From NCBI GenBank assembly GCA_038040195.1, contig JBBPIR010000001.1:417341-481340 (forward strand): DNA of 64,000 bases, read 5' to 3'. The DNA comes from Chloroflexota bacterium. GTDB taxonomy: Bacteria; Chloroflexota; Limnocylindria; QHBO01. The notes under the pieces are model-generated. The model did not search any database and was not told where the DNA came from. It saw nothing but the letters and a program-made list of their open reading frames with translations. Shown here piece by piece: positions 38,349 through 46,433 of this stretch; the stretch's first letter is position 1, and each line of letters opens with the position of its first letter. The position numbers and the translations under genes were made by a program.

Positions 38349-41174
38349 GTGGCTTCAGGCTCCGCCAGTCCTCCGCGGCCCGACGCGCTGATCAGCGTGG
38401 CGCAGGCGGCTGCGGTGCTGGGTGTGCACCCGAACACCGTCCGGGCCTGGACCGAGAGCGGACGGCTGGCCGCCTGGCGCATCAACCCGCGCGGTGACCG
38501 GCGCTACCGCCGCGCCGACGTGGAGCGGCTGCTGGCCGAGGGCACCGGGAAGTCGACCGGCTCCGATGGTGCGCTCACTCCCTCAGCCCGGAGCACGGAT
38601 GCCGACGCCGAGGCGGCCGTGCTCACCCGAATCTCGCAGGGGACCGTCGAGGCTGGCAGCGTCGCCGCCGTCTGCCGCGTGACCGTCGAGTCGCTGCGCA
38701 CGGTCGAAGCCATCGCCCGAGTGGCGGTGTACCTCGTGCGCGACGATCGGCTGGTCCTCGAGACACACTCAGGGCACAGCGCCCCGCCTCCGCCCACCCT
38801 GGCCTGGCCATCCGACGCGGAGGATTTCGGGCCCGACGGCAGCTTGCGCCTGCCATTGACCATCGGCCAGGAGCGCATCGGGGTGCTCCTGCTGGCCGAC
38901 GACCTGAAAGGGGCATTCCTGCGAAGCCGGCGTCGATTCATGAGCGCGGTGGCCGCCACGACCAGTGTCGCGTTGCGCCACGCACGGGCCATCGCCCGGG
39001 CCCGCCGCGAGCTGACTCGGGCCCGCGCCCTGGCCGGCGTAACCCGCGAGCTGACCGGCCAGCTCGAGCTGGGCGCGGTCTTGAGCGACATCGCCGACCG
39101 CACCCGTGGCCTCTTCGACGCCGACCGCGTCGGCCTGTGGATGATCAACGAGGAGCGCGAGCATCCGTTCGAGCTGGCCGCCGAGCGCGGCATCAGCCCC
39201 GCCTTCCAGGCCATGATCAGCCGGCTGACCCTGACCAGCGCATCGCTGGGGACCCAGGCCGTCCGAGAGCGGCGCACGTTCGTCGCCCGCCACGCCGACA
39301 CCGACCCCACCACCGGCGTCATGCAGGAGGTCTACCGCGACGAGGGAATCAAAACCGCGTGCCTGGTGCCGCTCGTCACCCACGACCGCGCGGTGGGGGT
39401 GATCGGCCTATACCACGCGCGGGACCGCGATTGGCCCGACGACGAGCTGGCCCTGGCCCAGGCGTTCGCGAACCAGGCGGCCGTGGCCATCAGCAACGCG
39501 CGACTGTACCGCTCGACCGCCGAACAGGCGGCGCGCATGCGATCCATTCACGACCTGTCGGCCCGCCTGAACCGGCTGACCGATGTGCAGGCCATTGCCG
39601 ACGCGATCGTGGCCGAGGCCAGCACCCTGGCGGCCTTCCATGACATCCGCATCTACACCGTTGACTGGGAGCGGGGGACCTGCGAGCCGATCGCCTTCAC
39701 CGACCGCCTGACGGGGGAGGGGGACTTCCGCGACCTGTTGCGGGTCGACATCGGTCCCGGATCGTTCACCGGCTGGGTGGCCGCCAACGCGCAGCCCATC
39801 CTCAGCAACGATGCCCTGAACGACGGGCGGGGCCACACCATCGAGGGCACCGAGGAGATCGAGGAGTCGATGCTGGTGGTGCCCATGGTCTACGAGGGCC
39901 GCTCGGTGGGCGTCATCGCTCTGTCCAAGCTGGGCGTCAACCAATTCTCGACCGATGACCTGCAGACGATGATGATCTTCGCCGGCTACGCTGCCCAGGC
40001 GCTGGTCAACGCCCGGAGCTATCGGCGCCTGGAGGAGCAGTCCAGCCAGCTCGCCCGCCAGCTGGATTCGCAGCGCAAGCTGCTCGACGTCAGCGCCCGG
40101 GTCATGGGCACCCTGGAGCAGGAGGACATCCTGGAGGTGGTGGCCGACGGGCTGAAGGCGGTCGTCCACTACGACAACCTGTCCATCTACCGCGCCGACC
40201 ACGTCAAGCAGGTCCTGGTCCCGGTCCTCACCCGCGAGGAGCACGCCGAGGAGGTGGCCCGCTACATCATCCCGTTCGGGCGGGGCCTGATGGGCTGGGT
40301 GGTCGAGCACGCCGAGGCGGTGCTGGCCAACGACGCGCTGGCCGACCCCCGCGCGCTTCAGATCCCGGGCACGCCGCCCGACGCTGAGGCGCTGGTCGTG
40401 GTGCCCCTCATCAGCGACGGCCAGGTGAACGGCGCCATGAACGTCGGCCGGGTGGGCGGCGAGGAGGTCTACTTCAGCGAGACCGATTTCGAGCTCGTGC
40501 AGCTGTTCGCCGCTCAGGCTTCGGTCGCCCTGCGAAACGCGGACGAGCACCACGCCATGAGCCTGCGGGCGTTGACCGATGCCCTCACCGGGCTGGCCAA
40601 CCACGGGGCCTTTCAGCGCGACCTGACGTCCGCCATTGAGGCGGTGCAGAGCGGGCAGTCCGGTGAGGGCCAGCTTGGCCTGCTGATGATGGACCTCGAC
40701 CGATTCAAGACCTACAACGATCGCTTCGGCCATCCGGCCGGCGACGCGCTCCTGCACGCCGTGGGCGAGGCGCTGTATTCCGCCACCCGCAGCGATGACC
40801 GGGTGTACCGATATGGCGGCGACGAATTCGCGATCATCCTGTCGGGCGTCGGCCTGCCCGAGGCCCAACGGGTCGCGGAGCGGGCACGGCGGTTAGTGGC
40901 CGCCGTCTCCCTGGAACGCGGCGCGGCGCCGGTGACGATCACGATCGGCGTGGCGCTCTTCCCGGACCACGGCGCCAGCAAGGACGCGCTGATCGCGGCC
41001 GCTGACGGCGCGCTCTACAGCGGCAAGCAGGCGGGAGGCGACCGGGTGATCGTGCCGGGCGAAGCGCCGAAAACCCGCAGCCGGAAGGCCGCAGAGCCGG
41101 TCGACCCCGGACGCGCCGAAGAGCAGCGCCGCCGCCGCAGCGACGCCCGCCGCGCGAAGTCGTCCGCCGCCTGA
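38349..41174 (+). CDS. Multidomain signalling protein: N-terminal MerR/excisionase-type HTH, about four GAF domains, C-terminal GGDEF diguanylate cyclase
   Basis: HTH (VAQAAAVLGVHPNTVRAWTESGRLAAWRINPRGDRRYRRADV); repeated GAF cores; GGDEF active site RYGGDEF with I-site RSDD five residues upstream. Confidence 0.8.
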   Translation: MASGSASPPRPDALISVAQAAAVLGVHPNTVRAWTESGRLAAWRINPRGDRRYRRADVERLLAEGTGKSTGSDGALTPSARSTDADAEAAVLTRISQGTVEAGSVAAVCRVTVESLRTVEAIARVAVYLVRDDRLVLETHSGHSAPPPPTLAWPSDAEDFGPDGSLRLPLTIGQERIGVLLLADDLKGAFLRSRRRFMSAVAATTSVALRHARAIARARRELTRARALAGVTRELTGQLELGAVLSDIADRTRGLFDADRVGLWMINEEREHPFELAAERGISPAFQAMISRLTLTSASLGTQAVRERRTFVARHADTDPTTGVMQEVYRDEGIKTACLVPLVTHDRAVGVIGLYHARDRDWPDDELALAQAFANQAAVAISNARLYRSTAEQAARMRSIHDLSARLNRLTDVQAIADAIVAEASTLAAFHDIRIYTVDWERGTCEPIAFTDRLTGEGDFRDLLRVDIGPGSFTGWVAANAQPILSNDALNDGRGHTIEGTEEIEESMLVVPMVYEGRSVGVIALSKLGVNQFSTDDLQTMMIFAGYAAQALVNARSYRRLEEQSSQLARQLDSQRKLLDVSARVMGTLEQEDILEVVADGLKAVVHYDNLSIYRADHVKQVLVPVLTREEHAEEVARYIIPFGRGLMGWVVEHAEAVLANDALADPRALQIPGTPPDAEALVVVPLISDGQVNGAMNVGRVGGEEVYFSETDFELVQLFAAQASVALRNADEHHAMSLRALTDALTGLANHGAFQRDLTSAIEAVQSGQSGEGQLGLLMMDLDRFKTYNDRFGHPAGDALLHAVGEALYSATRSDDRVYRYGGDEFAIILSGVGLPEAQRVAERARRLVAAVSLERGAAPVTITIGVALFPDHGASKDALIAAADGALYSGKQAGGDRVIVPGEAPKTRSRKAAEPVDPGRAEEQRRRRSDARRAKSSAA

Positions 41175-41219
41175 CCCTCGTCCGGCCCACGACGGGCCGG
41201 GTGCTATCCTCGGCCCCCC

Positions 41220-41915
41220 ATGCGTGATCGACGCCGCGTCCCGCTGCGCCCTGCGGCGATGGCGCTCCTGGTGGCCGCCCTCTCCGCCGCCTGTGTGACC
41301 TCCCCCTCGCCCACGCCCTCCCCCAGCCTCACGCCGCGCCCGACCCCGACTCCCACCCCGTCCCCGACCCCGGTCCCCACCCCCCGCTTCACGAATGAAC
41401 CCGATCCCAGCCTGTCGGCCCTCATCCCGGCCCAGGTCGGGGCGTGGGCCGTGGAGCAGCCGCCGATCGCGGATTACGCCATCACGCCGGGCGACATCGG
41501 TCAGGCGGCCTACGGGGAGCTTGGCGCCCGGTTCCAGACCCTGGTCATCGCCTTCGTCCGGGAACCCCGACTGAGCCTGTATGCCGTGCGGGTGAACCCA
41601 TCGGCGGTGACCACGCCCGACCTCGAGCCCTACCTTGCCACGGCCGGCCGCTACGTGGGCATCGCCGGCCTCCAGCGCGAACCCTGGGAGCTGGCCGACG
41701 TCGCCGGGCACTGGGTCTGGGTTCGGCCCTCGGACGACGCGACCCTGCCTGGCACCCACGTCTACACCTGGGCCGCAGACGAGTTCGTGTTCCTCCTGAT
41801 CGGCGTCAGCGATGAAGTCAACCAGGCGCTGATCGCCCTCCTCCCCGGTGAGCCACCCCCAACCCCCAGCCCCGCGCCGACCACGAGCCCGGCGCCCAGT
41901 CCCAGCGCCTCCTAG
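41220..41915 (+). CDS. Hypothetical lipoprotein with Pro/Thr/Ser-rich linkers
   Basis: Signal peptide with lipobox LSAAC; PT-rich low-complexity linkers flanking a roughly 150-aa globular region. Confidence 0.5.
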   Translation: MRDRRRVPLRPAAMALLVAALSAACVTSPSPTPSPSLTPRPTPTPTPSPTPVPTPRFTNEPDPSLSALIPAQVGAWAVEQPPIADYAITPGDIGQAAYGELGARFQTLVIAFVREPRLSLYAVRVNPSAVTTPDLEPYLATAGRYVGIAGLQREPWELADVAGHWVWVRPSDDATLPGTHVYTWAADEFVFLLIGVSDEVNQALIALLPGEPPPTPSPAPTTSPAPSPSAS

Positions 41916-41932
41916 ACTGGCAAGCCAGACCC

Positions 41933-42931
41933 ATGGATGACGACCTGGCCGGCCCGGCCCGCAAGCGCGATCGGCTGGCGCGTCTGCTGGCGGTGGCCTC
42001 GATCCTGTACGCCAAGGGCAGCACCGAGCAGGGCGTGCCCGTGTCCGAGATCGCCCGCCTGACGGGCATGAATGTGCGGACCGTGTACCGCGACCTGCGC
42101 GCCCTCGAGGACGAGCTGGCGATGCCCATCTTCCAGGCCGGTCGAGGCCGTTACGGGATCGAGCGCCGCTTCTTCCTGCCGCCACTCCACCTGACCGTGC
42201 CGGAAGCCATCGTCCTGTTCCTCGCCGCGCGGCTCATCGCGCGCTGGTCCGATGAGTCGGACCAGGTCGTCATCAGCGCCTTCATGAAGATCGCCAGTGA
42301 GCTCCCGCAGCCCATCGCGCGCCATGTGACCGCCACCATGCTGGTCATCGGCGAGCAGCGCCTCAACGAGCCGTTCACGGCCATCTTCAACGTCGTGGCC
42401 CGCGGCTGGGCCGAGGGCCGGGTGGTGGAGATCACGTACGACTCCGGCACCGGCCCGGCCCGCCACACACGGTTCCGGCCCTACCTGCTGGAGCCGTTCG
42501 CCGCCGGACGCAGCATCTACCTCATCGGCCACGACGAGACCGTTGACGCCATGCGGACCTACAAGGTGGAGCGCATCCGTCAGGCGACCCTCACCCTCGA
42601 CCGATACGAGATCCCCGACGCGTTCGACCCGGACCAATTCCTGGCCAACTCGTGGGGCATCTGGTCGTCGGACACCACCCCGCCGGTCGACGTTCGGCTG
42701 CGCTTCGATGCCGGCGTGGCGCGCCGCGTCCGGGAGACCATCTGGCATCGCTCGCAGGTCCTCACCGACCTCCCCGACGGAGGAGTCGAGCTGACCGTCC
42801 GGGTGGCGGGCATCGTCGAGATCCGGCCCTGGGTCCTCTCCTGGGGCGACCAGGTGGAGGTGCTTGCCCCGCCGGAGCTGCGCGAGGCGGTGGCCGGAGC
42901 GGTGCGGGGCGCGACCGAGCGCTACGCCTGA
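41933..42931 (+). CDS. WYL-domain transcriptional regulator (HTH-WYL-WCX architecture, PafBC/YafY-like)
   Basis: N-terminal HTH (VSEIARLTGMNVRTVYRDLRALE); central WYL-like region (GRVVEITYDSGTGPARHTRFRPYLLE...SIYLIGHD); C-terminal extension. Confidence 0.8.
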   Translation: MDDDLAGPARKRDRLARLLAVASILYAKGSTEQGVPVSEIARLTGMNVRTVYRDLRALEDELAMPIFQAGRGRYGIERRFFLPPLHLTVPEAIVLFLAARLIARWSDESDQVVISAFMKIASELPQPIARHVTATMLVIGEQRLNEPFTAIFNVVARGWAEGRVVEITYDSGTGPARHTRFRPYLLEPFAAGRSIYLIGHDETVDAMRTYKVERIRQATLTLDRYEIPDAFDPDQFLANSWGIWSSDTTPPVDVRLRFDAGVARRVRETIWHRSQVLTDLPDGGVELTVRVAGIVEIRPWVLSWGDQVEVLAPPELREAVAGAVRGATERYA

Positions 42932-43626
42932 GGCTCGCCCAGCGGGAGCCGCAGGATGAGGGCCAGGGTTGGCCGGGGCCGAGGTTGGGCCGGTAACACC
43001 GGCGCCCGCAGCCACGCGTCCCCGGCCGCGCCGGCGCGGTATCGGGCCGACAGGCGGCGCGCGGAGAGGCCCTCGATCCCCAGCCGTGCCAGGGCCTCGG
43101 CCACCAGGGTCCCGTCGTCCGGATATCCATGCCCGACCGTGATCCGGTCGCCCGGGGCCAGGATCGCCCCCAGCCACTCGCGCCGGATTCGGAACGAGCG
43201 CCGGGTGATCGGCTCCCCGGCCGCCCACAGCAGGTCGGCGGCGACGTACGCCGCGCGGCCGGCATGCGGCTGCCGCCCACTGAGTCGGGCGCGCAGGAGT
43301 TCGGGGTCCGGTCGACCCTCGGGATCCAGCACGAGCAGGGTGCCGTCAAGCACGACCCCGTCCTCGGCCAGCTGATCGGGCAGCTCCCCAAGCTCTGGGA
43401 ATGCGCCCTCGGCATCCGCCAATCCGGCGACCTGGAGCCGAACGCGGCCACGTTCCGCCGAGGCTACCGCGCGGGCACCGGGCCACCACGGCTCAAAAAA
43501 GTAGTCGGGGTGGTCGAACGCGGCGTCGACCTCGGTCGGCTGCATGGTGTTGACGCGATCCGGCAGACGGAGCCGGGGAGAGTCGAGCGCGGGAAGCTCC
43601 GGCAGGGGGAGCTGTTCGGCCGGCAC
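42922..43626 (-). CDS. LigD-like ATP-dependent DNA ligase nucleotidyltransferase domain with degenerate catalytic motifs (putative pseudo-ligase or gene remnant)
   Basis: Clear similarity to the ligase adenylation domain (VRLQVAGLADAEGAFPEL ... LDGTLLVLDPEGRPD ... EGLSARRLSARYRAG). Motif I reads EPWWPGARA instead of EPKWDGFRA, so the adenylated Lys and the Asp are absent; no OB domain. Confidence 0.5.
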   Translation of the reverse strand: MPAEQLPLPELPALDSPRLRLPDRVNTMQPTEVDAAFDHPDYFFEPWWPGARAVASAERGRVRLQVAGLADAEGAFPELGELPDQLAEDGVVLDGTLLVLDPEGRPDPELLRARLSGRQPHAGRAAYVAADLLWAAGEPITRRSFRIRREWLGAILAPGDRITVGHGYPDDGTLVAEALARLGIEGLSARRLSARYRAGAAGDAWLRAPVLPAQPRPRPTLALILRLPLGEPQA

Positions 43627-43634
43627 GCCGGCGC

Positions 43635-44549
43635 TCAGGCGGTCTTGCGCCGCCGGGTCTGACGCTCACCGGCGGCGGCCGGCTCGGCCTTCTTGGCTCG
43701 GCTGGCAGCCTTGGCTCCGCCTGCCGCCTTGGCCTTGGCAGCCGGTCCACCGGCGGCCGCATCGCGGCGCGCCTCCCGAGCAGCGGACACGCTGGCCTCC
43801 AGCGCGGCCATCAGGTCTCCGATCCGGGTCGGCTCGGCCTTGGCGATCGGCGTCGGCTCCTCGCCGGCCACCTTGGACTCGATGACGCCCATCAGCGCCT
43901 GGCGGTAGTCGTCCTGGAACTCCTCGGCCTTGAACTCGCCGGTCATCGACGCGATGAGCTGCTCGGCCATCTTGCGCTCGGAGGCCTTGATCTCGATACC
44001 GCTGCTGTCCACCGCCAGCTCTTCTACAGAGCGGATTTCATCGGGCCAATGGAGGGTGGTCAGCAACATGGTGTCGGCGTACGGGTTGATGGCGGCCAGC
44101 TGCTCGCGGTCCTTCATGACCACCTTGCAGATGGCGCTCTTCCCGGTGTCGGCCAGCACCTCGCGGAGGAGGAAGAACGCCTTCTTGCCAACCGGATCGG
44201 GCTCGAGGTAGTAGGCGCTCTTCACGAACTGCGCCCCGTGCTCCTCTTTCTGGGCGTCCACGAACATGGCAATCTCGATGGCCCGGATGGTCTTCAGCGG
44301 CACGGCTTCCAGATCGTCGTCGGTGACCACCACGTACCGACCCTTGCTCCATTCATAGCCTCGGACCGTCTCGGAGCGGGGCACGACCTCGTCGTGATGC
44401 GGGCAATAGATCTTCATCTGGATCCGGTTCAGGCAGCTCGCGTGCAGCATGTTGAACCCGATTCCGGTCGACTCGGTGGCGAGGTACAGCTTGACGGGGA
44501 TCGTGACGAGTCCGAACTGGATCGCCCCCCGCCACATCGCGCGTGCCAT
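43635..44549 (-). CDS. ku: Ku protein (non-homologous end joining DNA end-binding protein)
   Basis: Ku core (MWRGAIQFGLVTIPVKLY ... HDEVVPRSETVRGYE ... YYLEPD); basic Lys/Ala-rich C-terminal tail. Confidence 0.85.
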   Translation of the reverse strand: MARAMWRGAIQFGLVTIPVKLYLATESTGIGFNMLHASCLNRIQMKIYCPHHDEVVPRSETVRGYEWSKGRYVVVTDDDLEAVPLKTIRAIEIAMFVDAQKEEHGAQFVKSAYYLEPDPVGKKAFFLLREVLADTGKSAICKVVMKDREQLAAINPYADTMLLTTLHWPDEIRSVEELAVDSSGIEIKASERKMAEQLIASMTGEFKAEEFQDDYRQALMGVIESKVAGEEPTPIAKAEPTRIGDLMAALEASVSAAREARRDAAAGGPAAKAKAAGGAKAASRAKKAEPAAAGERQTRRRKTA

Positions 44550-44691
44550 AGGGTGGGTTAGGTTACACCCCTCCGCCAACTGCTCAGCAGAGGGCAGCCG
44601 GTGCGCCAGTACTACTGGGGTGCCCGTTCAGCGGCATTGCCGATTCAGGCGTCCCATCCGAGACTCCCCGCGTGACATATCGGCCGACGAC

Positions 44692-45171
44692 CTACGCATT
44701 CGATCGATCGGGCCCGGTGATGACCACAAGCGCTTCCCGATCGGGCTGCCCGGCTTGACGCAGCCGATACCGATGCTCCAGCGTCACCGACCGGCTCAGC
44801 ATGGCGCTGACCGGGCAGTAGCGGGTGGCCGACAGCTCGATGGCCCGGTGCAGGGCCTCGGGCTCCACCGCCCCGCTGAGCTGGTGCTCGATCACGATCC
44901 GGGTAAAGACCTGCGGCGGACGCGCAGCCGTTACGGCCTCCACCGCCACCTGGTAGCTGCTGGGCGCCTGGCGCTTCTTGGCCAGGATGGCCGCCACGTC
45001 CATCCCGGTGCAGCCGGCCAGGCCCACCAGCACCGCCTCGCGCGGGGAGGCCCCGGCTGGAGTCCCGGCATCCGGGCTGTCGATCGTGACCGTGAAGCCG
45101 GACCCGGTCTCCGCGTCGGCCCGCAGCGAGGACGCGGGCGCGGGGAACGTGGCCAGGACCCGCATCGGCAC
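44692..45171 (-). CDS. OsmC/Ohr-family peroxiredoxin-like protein
   Basis: OsmC fold with the two conserved Cys (LAGCTGMDV and ATRYCPVSAM). Confidence 0.8.
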   Translation of the reverse strand: MPMRVLATFPAPASSLRADAETGSGFTVTIDSPDAGTPAGASPREAVLVGLAGCTGMDVAAILAKKRQAPSSYQVAVEAVTAARPPQVFTRIVIEHQLSGAVEPEALHRAIELSATRYCPVSAMLSRSVTLEHRYRLRQAGQPDREALVVITGPDRSNA

Positions 45172-45223
45172 GGGGCGACTCTACCAGCGCTCCGGCGCCG
45201 CCCACGCATGGGAAGCTGAAACG

Positions 45224-45781
45224 ATGCAGGTCCTGACGCCGGAGCATCCGCCGCGCCGATTCGAATGGTTGCGGGCCCGGCGGGACCCGACGGCGGAGGC
45301 CGACGGGCGGGCCCTCGAAAAGCTGCTGGCGCCAGTCCTGGACGACTCGTACGTCCTCGTACTGTCGCCCCGTATCCCCGGTGTCGATCGCGGCCTGCAC
45401 GGATTGCTCATCGGGCCCGGCGGCGTGCGGGCGCTGCTCGTCCGCCATTGGAACGGCCATTTCCGCCAGCGCGGCCGGGCCTGGGAATACGACGCTCGGG
45501 GGCGACGGGGGTGGGTGCCGTGCCGAACCGATCCCACCCGCGACGGGCGACGGATCGTGGACCAGGTCGGGCGCTGGATGACGGACGCGCTCGGCACCCG
45601 GCTGCCGATCGAGGCTGCCATCGCCTTCCCGGATCGACACAGCCGGATCGAGCTCACCAGCGACCCGGTCACCGAGGTCGTGACCATCGACAACGCCCCG
45701 TGGTGGGGCAAACGCGTGGGGCGAGTCCGCCAGCTGGATGGACGAAGCGCCGGCCGCCTGCTCGAGGCGCTCGGGGCGTGA
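45224..45781 (+). CDS. NERD (nuclease-related domain)-like protein
   Basis: Central segment (GLHGLLIGPGGVRALLVRHWNG) resembles the NERD core (hhhIsp.GVFVIEtKnysG); ATG at 45224; the upstream part of the ORF is antisense to osmC and discounted. Confidence 0.5.
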   Translation: MQVLTPEHPPRRFEWLRARRDPTAEADGRALEKLLAPVLDDSYVLVLSPRIPGVDRGLHGLLIGPGGVRALLVRHWNGHFRQRGRAWEYDARGRRGWVPCRTDPTRDGRRIVDQVGRWMTDALGTRLPIEAAIAFPDRHSRIELTSDPVTEVVTIDNAPWWGKRVGRVRQLDGRSAGRLLEALGA

Positions 45782-45807
45782 GGAGCGCTCGAGAGGCCGC
45801 TCCGGGG

Positions 45808-46410
45808 CTAGGCCGGTTCCTCCGGGGGCAGCCAGTCGCGAACGGCATCCTCGGGAAGGATGTCGGCCAGCAGCTCCTCGGGAGCTTCGTCGTCGGACGA
45901 CAGGAGGACCTCGGCCAGGCTGCGCTGGACGGCCAGCACCGGTGACTGGCGGTTGAACTGCGGGTACTCGGCGCAGACGACCGACACGTCGGTCAGCGCC
46001 AGGAATCGGTCCGAAGCGTTGAGCAAACCGTCCATCGGGCGGCTGCCCTGCGGGACATGGATCATGCCGGTCAGCCAGAATGGGCGGACCGCGATCTGGG
46101 TCTGCACCGGGCGCTTCGGGATGCGCAGCTCATCGGCGCTGCTGTCGTCCACCCCGCTGCTGCTCCCGAACAGGACGGCCTCAACCGGAACCATGACCTG
46201 CTGCGCCGTGCGCGTCGAGCCGGGGTCCGCGTAGTCGGTGACGGTGGCTTCTTCGACGATCAGGTGAGTGGAGCTGCTCAGGTTGAGGATGTCGGCGACA
46301 CGCCGGAAGCGGGTGGCCATCCGGCCGCTGACCCGATACCCGGAGGTGTACAGCTCCACCTGGACCTGCACGACCTGAGGGCCAAACTCACCGCTGTCCC
46401 AATCGGTCAC
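45808..46410 (-). CDS. Hypothetical protein (200 aa), acidic C-terminus
   Basis: Uninterrupted ORF with no recognisable motif; lies between the NERD gene and the DNA ligase gene. Confidence 0.4.
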   Translation of the reverse strand: MTDWDSGEFGPQVVQVQVELYTSGYRVSGRMATRFRRVADILNLSSSTHLIVEEATVTDYADPGSTRTAQQVMVPVEAVLFGSSSGVDDSSADELRIPKRPVQTQIAVRPFWLTGMIHVPQGSRPMDGLLNASDRFLALTDVSVVCAEYPQFNRQSPVLAVQRSLAEVLLSSDDEAPEELLADILPEDAVRDWLPPEEPA

Positions 46411-46433
46411 CTTGGGATGCTACCGCGTGTGAG

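Noticed and set aside
42922-43626. Possibility that the missing ligase lysine is a sequencing error
   Set aside because: Restoring KxDG would need at least four nucleotide substitutions across two codons (TGG to AAG, CCC to GAC), and the OB domain is also missing. The degeneracy is therefore treated as genuine, pending re-sequencing.
44978-45223. 5' extension of the NERD-like ORF
   Set aside because: Antisense to the osmC gene. The first ATG after the osmC start (45224) gives a sensible N-terminus and a divergent promoter region.
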